A DNA stretch of 64,000 nucleotides. Origin: Octopus vulgaris (Eukaryota). Location of the stretch: contig OX597821.1 of the NCBI GenBank assembly GCA_951406725.2, forward strand, positions 30,380,001 to 30,444,000, in the 5' to 3' direction. The translations under genes and the position numbers were made by a program. Below, one piece after another: positions 28,047 through 42,428 of this stretch. Position 1 is the first letter of the stretch. Each line of letters starts with the position of its first letter. The notes beneath the pieces are model-generated. The model made no database searches, had not been told where the DNA came from, and was given only the letters and a program-made list of their open reading frames with translations.

Positions 28047-28861
28047 GCTAATCCACTTCCCTGCTTAAGAACACGCTATAGCACTTTAGAGCATTTGACT
28101 CAGTATACTGAGATTGAAGGATCCACACTAGGTCGTCGATGCCTAGGTAACTTGATATCACGAGACATATTTACTTCTAGGAGTCGTATTATATTCCTCC
28201 GTCACTTGCTTTTAGGACTTTCATCTTGCGTACGGTGTTTTTCGTTCTTTGAAAGTGTTATGCGTATTTATTATTATTTTTTTTTATTCTGCAGTATTGT
28301 AATGAGAAAATAATTGTTAAAGGTTTTGTAAAGTGTGAATAATTGTTCAATGCTGAAAAGAAAAGCAATATTTTAGCAATAGTTCAGGCTTGAATTATTA
28401 TTGAAAACTCAATATGTTTCCAAGACGAAGAATATTATGTCTTTAAAGGTTAAGAGAGATGAATAGATCTAACATTTGGTTGTAGACAGTCAACTAACTT
28501 GATCGGTGCATTTTATCTTTTTCTTTTCTATTTTTGTCTTTTCGTTTTCAATGCATTGTTTGCTCACGCTTTGGATTCATTGCTTTGAGATGCCTAGTGC
28601 CTGCCATGTTTTAGCTGTAAAAAGGAATATAATTTATGGCTTCAACCTTAGCCATGATACTGCCGAAAAATAAATTAAATTTCATGTTTTTATAAAGGCT
28701 ATTTTCAGGTGGAGAGGTGTGCTACGGTTCAGTCATTTCATAGTATTGATTATTGCTGGAAATGAGGTTTTATTATGGTAAAAACAAATCTTAGTTTCGA
28801 GGTCAATTACACCATATCTAGCAATAATGACAAGCTTAAAATAAAATCACCATCACTACTA

Positions 28862-28900
<39 letters not shown>

Positions 28901-28907
28901 TTGTTGC

Positions 28908-28960
<53 letters not shown>

Positions 28961-28964
28961 GTAA

Positions 28965-29160
28965 TCATTTCTGTTATAGGCACAAGGCTTGAAATTTAGT
29001 AGGTGGTGAATAGTCGAATAGTCGATAATGTAGTCCCCAATGTTTCACTAGTACTTAATTTATCGACCTTGAAAGGATGAAAAGTAGAGTCAACCTCGGT
29101 GAAATTTGAACCTAGAATATGCAGGTAGATGAAATATCGCTAAGCACTTCGCCTGGGCTT
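28965..29160 (-). mobile_element. Nin/Deu-domain SINE next to (CTA/CTG/TAA)n tract
   Basis: GTACTTAATTTATCGACCTTGAAAGGATGAAAAGTAGAGTCAACCTCGG core. Confidence 0.8.
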
Positions 29161-29948
29161 CTTAATTTGTCGAACATGTATATTTTAGCTAACATTTTAA
29201 TTGCCAGCATCAGTACCCGGTACGCATTTAATATACGGTAGGTTAGGGTAGGGTATTAACATATTTTAAATGAGGCGGGTGGTCGATATGGCAGTAGAAA
29301 TATCTATAGGGGGTTGATGTTGAAGGAGAAGTAGCTAGGGTGTGTGATAGTGAAGAAGTAGCTAAAGGGGGTCGAAGCGGAAGGAGTAGTGCTAAAGGGA
29401 GTGGGGTCGTTGGTCGCAAAATTTAGGCAACCCCTTGTCTGATGCAATATTTTTCATTTTCTATATTTGCTGTTCCTCACTTTACGTTTCGATTCTTCTG
29501 AGGTTTTCAAATTGATTCCATCAGAAAGATTTTCGGGCAGAGGGATATATGTAGTTGGAGAAGGGGCATATATGTGGAATTGAAATGCCTGTGTTTATGT
29601 ATATAATCTGGTTGACTTGTGTGGGTAGGGTCTCTTTGACATTATCATAGGTTCTATTGTTACTGAAGTTGTGATTTCTGGCTGTTCCTTTGGTGATTCT
29701 GTACTTAGAATTCTGATGTATCTGATAACTTTTCTCCTATTGTTGTTGATGTTTCTGTTGTGTTGAAGGAGCTGGAGGGCAATTCTTCAACCTTTTTTCT
29801 GTGATGCACGTAATATTCATCGTTTGTGTCACCATAAATATGGCATTTTATCTTCTGCCTTCAATTGCTATGAATAACTGAAAGCTATTTCAGAGTTTGA
29901 TGAATTCAGGGATGGTTTTGTTGTTTTCCTTATCTGTTCGAGAAACTA

Positions 29949-31216
29949 TCAGGCTGAGTAAAAAGTAAGCAACACTTTGAACCACGAAGAATTTGTACCG
30001 GATTTTTGCAGAGTTGAAATTATCTGATAATACAGACATAGACTTACACAAATGCATCAGTAAATTAACATTGATATTTTTTTCATCGTTGTTATAATCA
30101 TCTGAAATGGAACTGTCAAAGGGCGATATTCGAGCAATTTTGCTCTTCAACTTCAAAGAAGGACGTAAAGCAGTTGAAACTACTCGCAATATCAACAGAA
30201 CATTTGATGAGGAAATGACAAGTGAGTGGTCAGCTCGAATATGGTTTAAACGATTTTGCAGTTTAGACCTCAGCCTTCAAGATCGTGAGCGTAGTCGACG
30301 CCCATCTGTCATCGATGACGGTCAAATAAAGACCGTCATTGAGAAGGATCCACGTAAAACAACTCGAGAACTGGAAAGAAGAACTTCAAGTTAGCCAGAA
30401 CAGAAAACTGCCTGCAAGCATTTGCATGCTATTGGAAAATCAAAAAAGCTCGACTAATGGGTACCACACGATTTGATTGAAAATCAGAAAATGCGCAGAT
30501 ATGTAATTTGCTCGTTGCTTCTTCTCCGTAACCAGACCGATCCATTTCTGGACCGTATTGTAAGTTGCGATGAAAAGTAGATTCTGTGCAATAATAATAA
30601 AAAAAGACGTTCTTCGCAGTGGCTGGACCAAAATGAGGCATCGAAAACTCTCACTAAAATCGAGCTCTTCAAAAAGAAGGTCATGGCGACTGTTTGGTGG
30701 TATACTGTTAGGCTCATGCACTATAAATTCTTAAAACCCAGAAAATCCATTACTACAGAACATATTACCATGAAATTAACAAAATCAACGAAAAACCGAT
30801 ACTTCTCCGTCCCAGACTGGTCAGCATGAGGGTCAATCCTTCTTCATGACAATGCTCGACCACACGTTTCACTAACAATGCTCCGGAAGTTGAGGGAACT
30901 TGGCTACGAAGTTCTTCCCCACTCATCTTATTCCCCAAATCTTTCTCCTACCGACTACCACATCAAGCACCTTGATGGTCTCCTGCGAGTGAATGAGTTC
31001 AAAAATCAAACCGCTGCTGAAAATGGGTTGAAAGTGTTCATCAGCTCCAGAACCCCAGATTTCTATGTTACCGGAATAAAACTTGTACCTCGTTCGCAAA
31101 AACGTGTTGATTATAACGGTACTTTGATAAACAGCATTTCCGCATTGTTGAAATATATTCTGATGAATTTCATGTTTCAATTCGTTGCTTACTCAAAACT
31201 GCTTTACCCAGCCTGA
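29949..31216 (+). mobile_element. Near-full-length mariner (DD34D), transposase pseudogenised
   Basis: TA|TCAGGCTGAGTAAAAAGTAAGCAAC left TIR and GTTGCTTACT..TTTACCCAGCCTGA right TIR; ATG at 30107; WVPHDL, IVSCDEK, LHDNARPH and YSPNLSPTDYH motifs with stops and frameshifts. Confidence 0.92.
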
Positions 31217-31229
31217 CAGTTCCTTCCTA

Positions 31230-31700
31230 GTAGCTGACCAGTTCTGGTTGTAATTCAGCTACATTTTTTGTTATTTCTCTCCGACTGAGGAGTGTTGCAA
31301 TTCAGAAACAGATCTTCGCATTATAGAGATTTAAAAAACAAAATTCGATTGTCGCTTCTTTGTTATGAAACGTTGTTTTCACTGTACCAAACCACTTTTG
31401 CGGCGACGTAAGATTTTATGCTACTGGATAGTTTATGAACTTTTCAATCTAGGCCTGAATTGCTTACTAAATCCATTTCGTTTTGAATTAAATTCATTTC
31501 TATAATATATCGTTCAGGTTTGGGTTACGTATTGAATTTGATGCACTGTTTAGATAAATCTTTCAAACATCTTTGCAGAGAGGAAATTTATATTTCTAAG
31601 TTATTCATCTAACCTCCAATTTTCTGCATAGATACGCAAGCCTGTTTTCATTTCGTTTGCGCCCCCCTCTGTATTTATTGTCGTTATTGTATTGAAGTTT
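31230..31700 (-). mobile_element. Probable R4/Dong ORF N-terminal remnant
   Basis: QKIGG*MNNLEI*ISSL and LRRRKSGLVQ*KQRF resemble the pre-RT region of R4-clade ORFs; very degraded. Confidence 0.4.
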
Positions 31701-34048
31701 GTGATGATGATGGAGCTGGTAGATGCCATGTTTGTTTCAATGATCTATTTGTTTTGCTTGTCACTGCTGTTGTTGTTGCTAGTATTTGTAGCAGGGAGAA
31801 GTAGTAATTGTAGTCTTGGGTTCACATCTCTGCGCGTTGATTTTGTTCTTGCCGTTGACATTTTTTTCCCTGCATTTTGCTTTCAGTCTACCAAGTAGTG
31901 GTGGCAAATTATGTTCATAGTGGCTTTTTGAAAATGTATCTTCAATCTCGATGAGAGAAGTCCTATTATGCTCCTCTCCATTTTTCTAAGAGGCAATTTC
32001 AGTTAATAGACTTTAAAAATCTTCTGCAAAGGGATTTAATAACAAAATGGTAAAACTACAACCAAAATTACTTCGTGGAAAGCAAGAAATTTGATGACAA
32101 ATTGTAAGCTACGAAACGATGTTTTTTCCATTTACAAATATCGCAACAAAAATAATTATTTCTGCTATAAGAACAAAGTCTGATTTTTTTTGTTCGAGTG
32201 CGATCAGTCGATTGTATCAACTACAATCCCCAATCGGTAATTAAGTTAGCAATCCGAAACGGTAAAAAGCAAAGTCTACTGTAGCAGCATTTGAACTCAG
32301 AGAGTAAAACGAGAAGAAATGTCGTTAAGTAGATTTTTTTCGGCATGTTAATGTTTCTGCCTGGTCACCGTTTTATAAATATTGCTTCTAACAATGAAAC
32401 AAGTCCGCAAATTTTGGGAGAGATGTAGAGTCGGTTACTTTTTATCCTCATACATTTCTCGTAGTTTCATTTTCTCGACTCCAGAAGAATAAGATATCAA
32501 ACAATGGCAGGTTTTAAACTAAGAAAATCGTGAAGTAATAGATCGAAATTTTATCATAATCACGAATTACTCCCAATTCTTTTTATCAACCTGTAATCAA
32601 CATATAAACTTTCTTGCACAGCAAGCATATTCTTGTTTTCTGTGCTATTACAACACTCCATAAATTTTGTAGACTTTTCACAATAAATAACAGGAGAAAA
32701 AAAAAAGAAAAGAAAAAATGAGTAAAAAAAAGTAGTGATATAACGATTTCATGCAAAAAGTACCAAAGCGACATTGCACGTAGACTACATTAGCGGTATG
32801 GAAAAACATCAAGACACGATATTCAGTTTTTTTACTAACACGTAGGTATACCTTGTGTTAGAATTATAGATAACTACGTTAAAGCATAATGACAAAGCCA
32901 TCCTTTTTGATGATAAGTATGAATAATAATTAGTATCCTCAAGTCTATATTACTTTATAATGTTTTTGCGCAATATAAGACTTCAAGACGTTTTGATATA
33001 GTTATTTGCTGAAAGTTAAGGCATATTGCGAAGAAAAATTACACAAAAATCTACGACAGAAAATATAAAAAGCAGAAAACAAAATACTAATACGTATGAT
33101 ATCGAAATGGTTGCTATTACATGGAAATATATAACACCTATATTTTTTTACGGCAATAAAATAAGGAAGGAGCTCGCAATTACGGTATAAAGAAGTCTGG
33201 AGAATATTGAATCGAATAAAAGATTTAATTATCATATTACATACGACAAACTCGACGTAAGATTCTTGATAAAATAAATTCAAAGTATTAATGCATATCA
33301 ACTTCAAATGTACGCATATATTTATATTTATTATACCCATACAGACAAGCTTACACAGTCACAAACGTATACGTATAGATATATTCATTTATACTTACAC
33401 AGACCCACAATCAGGAACACATGAATATACATGTATATGTAAATATGCATCTAATGAATATAAATGTCAGAAAATATAGAAACACAAACCAAAAATGTAT
33501 TACGTCTCAAGATGCCTATATTTACATAGATATACCAGCTGCTTATATCTACTTGTAAGCGCTCACATACATATACAGGCTGACAGACAAACAGCTTGAT
33601 ACACAGTGCGACACACATAAACCTTGCACACACATAAATGGACATAAACATATTTAATAACTTGTTTTACAGGCTTTTATACTTAAATACACTAAACATT
33701 CAATGAACACAAAAAACTCAAAACTAGATGTAGATTTAAAATAGTACTTATTAATGTTGAATGTTTGCTAGGAGTCTCTCTAATATTCGCTTTGAGCAAC
33801 CAGAACAAGCAAAAGTTCAAACTAAGCAGTCATTATTGATAATAAGTATTTATTTGTTAGTAAATATTTTCTCGGAAATCGCGGGCAATAGCGACGTTGC
33901 TTTATAAGAATCCATTGAATTGTTGACAGTGGCGTTAACAAGTCAGTGTCGAACAAGAAACAGAAAACTCCGTTGACAAACGAAAGATGGTAGTATCCTG
34001 TGCTGATATATCTGTAACTAAAGCATTATCAATAGCATCTAGATATTT

Positions 34049-34334
34049 ACCTACCTACCTACCTACCTACCTACCTACCTACCTACCTACCTACCTACCT
34101 ACCTACCTACCTACCTACCTACCTACCTACCTACCTACCTACCTACCTACCTACCTACCTACCTACCTACCTACCTACCTACCTACCTACCTACCTAACT
34201 ACATACATACATACATACATACATACGTACATACATACTTGCCTCCCTACTTACCTACATGCCTACCTACCTACTTACATACCTACCTACAACTATCTCT
34301 CTGTCTATCTATCTATCTATGTATCTATCTATCC

Positions 34335-34426
<92 letters not shown>

Positions 34427-34550
34427 GTCTATCTATCTACCTATCTATCTATCTATATATATATATCTGTCTATCTATCTATCTGTCTATCTGCCTATCT
34501 GTATGTCTATCTATCTCTCTATCTAACTATCTATCTATCTTTCTATCTAT
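34049..34550. repeat. (CCTA)n/(CATA)n/(CTAT)n compound tetranucleotide array
   Basis: Direct; explains the YLPT/IYLS ORFs. Confidence 0.97.
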
Positions 34551-34659
34551 ATTGCTAGTTATAGACATATGCATGTACACACATGCAGACATACACGCAC
34601 ATACATTTATGTATTTATATGTATATTAAATCACTTTCTGAGTGAATCTGCCATGACTT

Positions 34660-35200
34660 AACATGTACTCCATTGCAATAATATAAACTTTCATTTAATC
34701 CTGATATCCTTGGCCTGAAGTGTGGCCTGCAGTATAAATCCCGATTGGCTCTTTACCACTTATACGTTTGTGCCCACCATGAAAAATATGTAACCCGAAT
34801 TTCATCTACTCCTTTCTTTAACACTTGTATTCTTATTCGCCCATCCAGCAAACCTAGTCGCCTACCGTGAAATATAAAAAGAACTTCCCTCAACTTATCG
34901 TACTTTGATACGAAAAACGTCCACCACAATCCTTTCATCTCAATAAGTCACTATTGTCCCTGATAGTTGATTTTTATATTTCCTACGGATTGCTTGAAGC
35001 TAACTTTCTTCCTCCACCTCCGGTCACTTCATCTTGAACCATTAATCATTAAACATTTGTTTTCTCTGTTTCTTTTTTACCTCCTAATGCTTCCTGTCTG
35101 TTGTAGAGCCGTGGCTGAAACGTCAAAGACTTTCCCCTTTTTCCCGAGCGTTAACTTAATACGCGTACTTATTGTTCATTCACCTGCCTTTTGTTTTCTG
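34660..35200 (+). mobile_element. Degraded Penelope-like 3' end (GIY-YIG trace plus pLTR-like segment with hammerhead-like motif)
   Basis: LKCGLQY trace near 34715; CTGTTGTAGAGCCGTGGCTGAAACGTCAAAG at ~35098-35128; downstream sequence homologous to the reverse of 41270-41400; ends in (TA)n. Confidence 0.55.
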
Positions 35201-35276
35201 TAAATTTGAATTATATATATATATGCATGTGTGTATATATGCATGTACGTGTATGCATATATATATATACACATAC

Positions 35277-35319
<43 letters not shown>

Positions 35320-35809
35320 TATATATATATGTATATATATATGTACATATATATATATACATATATACACACACACGCACATACACACATACACACACAC
35401 ACACATATATATATATACACACATACACGATAGACCCACCAAGTATATATATACACGATGAGCTCTCGCCCACCGAATTTCGCTCGGAAGTATTAACAAT
35501 TTCTAGTCTTTGGAAGAAGAAGCATTCTTGTTGCAGAAATTACAGGAGTTAATGCAACATCATATACAATCTGTCAGAACGTACAAGGCTGATAAGAAAA
35601 CAACATATTAAGTATGCGACTTGCGATTCGGCCTATCATCAAATACGATTTTATTCAATGAAGGTGTCTCAGATCGGAATGGAAAAGAACAATCTAGTTG
35701 CAAATAAAATCCGATTATCACGTAGCCCTTTATACATCTGGGATATATTTACTAATACTTGAAAAACTAACGAAGCAATGCTCTGCACGTTTATAGCATT
35801 AGAAATATA

Positions 35810-36339
35810 CAGTAATACCTCACTTTACGAGGACCCGGTTTATGAGACCCGGGTTTACTAGTTTTATTTGACAATGAATATAAAGATCCAAATTTCAAAG
35901 GAAGTGCAAAAGTTTCAACTACCATAACGAATGCTTCTGCGTATTGCTGAGAAAATTATAGAGAAATTTAAAAAATTCTTATAAGCAAAGAATTCTAGAG
36001 TGTTTTTTAAAAGAAATTTACAAGTCCGTCTACAAGTGCTTGTGAATCATCGATGGCATCTACAGTTGATGGTGTGTGTGAGTCTAGTGCGAGTCTATTC
36101 TAAATTTTTTTTTATTATACATGATGTTGACATTCTTTTTCTTTTACATAAAGTATTCTTTACATTTTACTGTTATTTTATTGCCATTTATTTACGAGTA
36201 TTATAAATTGTATAGGTAAAATATTTTTATGGGAACAAATCACGATTTATAACATTGCTACTAAGGAAAGTTATTGCTCTGTTTTACGAGTTTTGTGGAA
36301 TAAATTAACTTAATTAACTAGTATATCGAGGCAATACTG
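35810..36339. mobile_element. pogo/Tigger-like non-autonomous element
   Basis: TA|CAGTAATACCTC ... GAGGCAATACTG|TA. Confidence 0.7.
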
Positions 36340-36439
36340 TATACTCGTTTGCATTTACGTCAGTTTTTCTATGCTAGCATAAGTTAGACAAATACATTAT
36401 TTCACAGTCTCAAAGATACTAATCATACGGACAACATAA

Positions 36440-38369
36440 TAAACAGGAAAAATACGATCAACACCACGGCTCCAAAGAAGCCGACAAAGGTAGTACTATA
36501 GTTCTTATGGACACACATTTTTAGAAACACCTAGTACTCTTCTTACTAAACGACAACTCTTTCTATGAAATAATCACTAACTATAAACAACAAAAAACAC
36601 TCAAAAACCTCCCCACTCTTATACTCCAACACGGTCAAGGGCTCATGGAAAAAGAAATGGATTACATCACTAATTGCAAATAGAAGCACAGGCTCTTCTA
36701 TGGCCTCCCTAAATTCCATAAAAACAAATCCATCACCGAAGCCTGTAAACTCTCATCTGACATCCACATCAACATCAAGGCACCGGAAGATTTAAAAGTA
36801 AGACCCATTATAGCTGTCACCTCCTATGAAACACACCGAATAAGCAATTTCCTGGTCATACTTTTAAAGCCTTTCCCCAGTCACATCAAATTTTCGTTAG
36901 AGATGATCTTGGCATTCTCAACCACCTCCCGAAAACAACCAACGAGGAGGCATTCTTGGTTTCCTTTGATGTTATCAACCTCTATACCAACATCCCACAT
37001 GAATATGGTATTGAGGCAATTTATTTCCGGCTGAAGAAACACCCAGAAGCATTTCCTAACCGCATTATTAAGACCTTCATTACGGAATCACTGAAGTTCA
37101 TTCTGAAAAACAATTACTTCCTATTCGAAACACACACACTGCCGTCAAAAATGTGTTACCGCGATGGGTACCAAAGCTGCACCAGTCCTTGCGAACCTCA
37201 TAATGGGTTTCTTCGAACTATCACTTCATGAGATATCACGCCAGAAATTTGGAGACCTTTTCCATATCTAATTAATGGAAAACTGGAAAAGATACTAAGA
37301 CGATTGTTTCATCATATGGAAATAAACCTTGTGAAAAACGTCTGGAATTCAAACCACACTTAACAACATACATCCCAACATGCAATTCACTATGGAATTC
37401 AGCAAACTTCATCTCCCTTTTCTTGATCTCCTAACTATAAAACCACCTGAGAAACAAATCACAACAGACATCTACCACAAACCTACATACTCACAACAAT
37501 ACCTCCTCTTTAGTTCATGCCACCAAAAACACACCAAGATGAATATCCTCTTCAACTTAGCTAAAAGCATTTGCACCATTGTCTCTGACCCAACCACTCG
37601 AGAAATGCGCCTACAAGACCTAAAAAGAACACTGTTAAAACGCCAAAATCCCTCCACACTCATAGACTATGGAATAAAACGTGCCATGGATCTCGACAAT
37701 AACATACTGAGAACCATTCAATACAGTAATACACACAACCTGAAAACACTTCCATACATTTCCACGCAAAACCCCCAAAACATCGAAACATACACCACAA
37801 TCATACAAAACCTCCCCTTACTGACCACGAACCCAAAAATAAATAATATTATCAATACACATAAAATCCTTAAATATAAAAGGCAACATAAATCCTTCAA
37901 AAAGCTCTTAACCAATGCCAAACTACACACACAACATCCACCCCCATTAGTTAAAAAATGTGCACGCCCTAACTGTGTTACCTGCCCCTACCTACGTGAA
38001 GTCTCTGAAGTTACTTTCAAACAAGGAACAAAGTTTAAAAATCAAAACTAACTTCTCTTGTTCCTCCGAGAACCTCATTTACGTTCTTACATGCGCAGGT
38101 CGCCAACACAATTACATCGAACAGGACAGACGAGTCTTTCTTCACGCAGAAGTGTAGCAGTACATAGAGAACAGATAAATCTCCCACAATACCGTCAAAT
38201 TCTACTCAGTGGCCACATAGACTCTTGTACTAGAAATAAAAATCCCAAATTTCTTATATTCCCTTTATATCAATGTAAAGACGGAATCTCTACACAAGAA
38301 AGAATAAACAAAGAGAATCTTTTCACTGAAAATTTCCAAACGCTTCTTAATATGCAAACCCCACGGTGA
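36440..38369 (+). mobile_element. Penelope-like element: reverse transcriptase plus GIY-YIG endonuclease, pseudogenised
   Basis: ADKGSTIVLMD, YGLPKFHK, RPIIA, SFDVINLYTNIP, MGTKAAPVLANLIMG, WKRY*DDCF, QFTME..LPFLDL, YHKPT, C..C..C linker, CSSENLIYVLTC..HNYI. Confidence 0.93.
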
Positions 38370-39326
38370 CAGTATTCCTTTTTCAAGCCCACCTAATTAA
38401 ATACATATACATTTGTTACTTGTATTTCTAAGAACAGACATAAGCGTCCTCTTGACAAAAAATCCAGCATTCCAATTAAAGAGTATAAAACCCACAGAAT
38501 TGTCTTCCCTTATCCATAGGAACTAGCTAACTCCTACCCCGTTTCCTGTTTGACTCATAAACATCCAACCTTTTCGAGCAAAACACTACAATGAAACACA
38601 TGCATCCTAATCACTATGATGTATTGGTATATTTATTTATTTATTTCTGTATATATTTATTATTTTTTTGAAAAACACTTTAATATTTTTTCCTCTTTCT
38701 TACATTCAAAAGTTGCCATGCAATGAAAGCCGTTTTGAAACCCTTTTCAATCTTTCTTACACTCATTTATATTAAAATTCGCTTTCAGTTTAGCATTCTG
38801 CCTTATTACTATTATTTTTTTCCTTTCCGATAATTTTTCCACGTGTAGTGAATACAACCCCACCATTTACTGACTTATATGTATAAGTATATATATATAT
38901 ATTATATTTTGGACTAATCGGTATATGTAAGTTAGCGTGTTGATGTGTTGAGTAAAGCACTGGCACGGTTTCAGCTACTTAGTGTCACCTGCTCCAGTTG
39001 GGACATATTTCCGCTGGATCTACGTCAGAATTTCCGCGGTGTTAGTTGTGATAATAATCAATTAATGAAGCAGAGGATGGATTTGGTACTAGTCTTTCAG
39101 TCTATTTCCATCTTCTCTTATTATATACAAATATGTTTTCCTCTAACAAGTACATTCAGAAAGCCCTGGTCGACCCGGGTCTATAACTCTCTCACTCCAA
39201 ACAAACGTACAGTGAAACTGTAGCGGACCTATTTGACTGAGAAGTGCGGAAGCGAGCTCTCTCGTTAAAGACACAAGCAAATGAAACTGCTTTCATATGA
39301 TGTGCATCTAAACCAAAACTCATACG

Positions 39327-39368
<42 letters not shown>

Positions 39369-39430
39369 AATATATATATATCTATATATACATATATATA
39401 GATATAGATATATACACACACACACACACA

Positions 39431-39473
<43 letters not shown>

Positions 39474-40153
39474 GTTAGAAACAAGTGAGATGCATAAATA
39501 GAAACACAAGCGTAATAAGAATTTTCTACTTTGGTATAATAACTGTCGAAATTTGCATGTATACACGGAAAAAAACACGAAGGTTGTGGAACCGAGCCTG
39601 ATACACATGAACAAGCAGTGCAAAATATATATGCAAATATCAAATCCCATGTACATGCGACACGAATACAATAATACACATGCATGTAAACGTCAACACA
39701 TGATCACATGCACTACACACTCAAATTTGTATTCATGACATCGCAAAAGCTCAAAGTATATTTACGCTGTGCATGTAAACATTGAATCTTGTTTTCTCTG
39801 GGGAAGATGTGTCAACTTTTATCAGGATCTCCGGCAAAACTTTTGTTAACTTGGCTGTCCCTAGCAAACTAACATGGAAAAGAACACAGTCAACTTTTAC
39901 CTAGATTTACATGCACGCTCACGTACGAACGCACACACGCACGTACACACTCACACATACCCCACACATGCAATGTATTTGTAATTAAATGTGTGTGAGT
40001 GAGTGTGTGTGTGTGTGTGTGTGTCTGATGTGTGTGCATATAAAAATACAGACAAACACATATATATGAATATATATATATATATATATGTGTGTATATA
40101 TATATATATATATGTATGTATATGTATATATATATAAATAAATATATATATTT

Positions 40154-40528
40154 AGGCGCAGGATGGCTGCGTGGTAAGTAGCTTGTTTACCAACCACATG
40201 ATTCCGGGTTCAGTTCCACTGCGTGGCACCTTGGGCAAGTGTCTTCTACTATAGCCTCGGGCCAACCAAAGCCTTGTGAGTCAATTTGGTAGACGGAAAC
40301 TGAAAGAATCCCATCGTATATATGCGTGTGTGTGTTTGTCCCCCTAGCATAGCTTGAAAACCGATGCTGGTGTGTTTATGTCCCCGTTACTTAGTGGTTC
40401 GGCAAAAGAGGTACAAAAGAATAAGTCCCGGGCTCGAGTTGCTCGATTAAATGCGGTGCTCCAGCATGGCCGCAGTCAAATGACTGAAAGAAGTAAAAGA
40501 GTAAAAGAGATTAAAAGAGAGTAAAGAG
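40154..40528 (+). mobile_element. CORE-like tRNA SINE, full length
   Basis: GGCGCAGGATGGCTGCGTGGTAAG..GGGTTCAGTTCC..CCTTGGGCAAGTG; (GTAAAAGA)n tail. Confidence 0.88.
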
Positions 40529-41168
40529 TATATATATATATATATACTTATATATAAACGCATATGTAAATACATATTTGGGTAAACACACATATACACA
40601 CATATCGAATGAGCAAATGCAAACATGCGCACTGACACACAAACAGACCCACACAGGCAGAAATTTACACTGAAATATATTCTCGGGGCTTAGTTCTCAC
40701 AGGGTTGGAATCTTTAGACATGGCACTCGATTCATAAGAAGGAGAATCTAGTTTAAACACACACTATAATTAATTAAATGTATTGAGCTCTTTTTCTCTA
40801 CTACATATTTATGGGTGTATGTGCACGCCGGTTAGCACGAGAGCGTGTGCTAATGCGTGATAGTTTGAAATATTAACTAAGAATTATACAAGTGTGAAAA
40901 AATGTTATATATTCAGACCATACATTCACACCAGACCACACGCATACACACACATCGGTGCATAAATGTATAATTAACTGTGAATTAGTTGCTGCTTCGC
41001 AACATACGTATGAATAACATTATATCGTTTTGAGAATATAGACGTTTAAGTGAATTCACGTATCGGTTAGACATACGTTCATCGAATGGTAATAATAAGA
41101 CTCACGTTATCTGATTCAAAATATATCGAATGGTATATTTCTTTATGTCTGTGTACATACGCAATTGT

Positions 41169-41258
<90 letters not shown>

Positions 41259-41362
41259 TATATATATAAGGGAGAGTTTACGAAAAAACAACAAAAGACG
41301 AAGACTGGTGGTGTACAAAACAAACAGATGTATTAGTATGACGCTCAGGAATAGAAAAAAGT

Positions 41363-41398
41363 CTTTTACGTTTCGAGCCTTCGCTCCTCTACAGAAAG
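41363..41398 (-). ncRNA. Atypical minimal hammerhead-like motif
   Basis: Minus strand: CUUU CUGUAGAG GAGC gaag GCUC GAAA CG UA AAAG. Stems I and II, GAAA and a palindromic stem III are present, but the core deviates from CUGANGA. Confidence 0.5.
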
Positions 41399-41497
41399 GG
41401 ACACATAAAATAAGGAGAGAGAGAAGGAGAGAAAAAGGGAGACAAAAAAAGAGAGAGAAAAGGAGAGAAAAATATATATCCGTATATATGTATATAC

Positions 41498-41579
<82 letters not shown>

Positions 41580-41708
41580 AAAGTCAGGCAACCGGTTGCT
41601 TAGCCACATTTCTGTTTTCTACAAATAAGACTCCACATACGACATATCCCTGTAATTCAAATATGCAAAAGAGAAGGAAGAAATGACGAAAACAATGTCT
41701 AACGGTTA

Positions 41709-41775
41709 TTTACGAACGCGTTTCTAGATTAGGAATATATTATAATATCAATCCCATGTCCTTCGTCAGCGTAAA
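41709..41775 (-). ncRNA. Type I hammerhead ribozyme (minimal, stem II imperfect)
   Basis: Minus strand: UUUACG CUGACGA [long AU-rich stem II] GAAA CGCG UU CGUAAA; perfect 6-bp stem I, palindromic stem III, GUU site. Confidence 0.65.
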
Positions 41776-42154
41776 CCTCCACTAAAATAGATTTATCAAA
41801 TTCTACGTACCTCCACCTCTCGATCAGGTGACATCGAAATAGTGGAAGATAGCAAGCATAGACCAAACCTATATAGACGATTGAATCCGTAAATTTTCCC
41901 TCCAAAAGTTTACCATGCGTATTACAAAAATAGTTCCTTAGAGATAGAAACTATGGGTTGTCGTAAGGGAGTGAAAATTCCAATTAGTAATATAATAAGA
42001 GTAAATAATAGCTTTAATTTTTTTTTATTTATATACAAAATATATATTGAACTTTTATAGAAGTTCCTACCGTTAATGGTTATATTTACATGCCGAAATC
42101 TACCAGTAAATAATTGTTGTTTTTTTAAAAACCATTAAAGCTATTATTTACTCT

Positions 42155-42236
<82 letters not shown>

Positions 42237-42428
42237 CTAATGTGGGATAACATTTATTTCGGGAAAAAATTTTTATCAATGGCCAGCATATCAAAAGTGC
42301 CTTTAAATGTTAAATAAGGGCAAACGAAAAATTGTAATGCCAAATATGCCGAAAAAAAGACAAAAAATTATCAATAACCCTTATAATTTATGCGTCTCGA
42401 AACAAACCGATAGAACTTTCTAAAAAAT

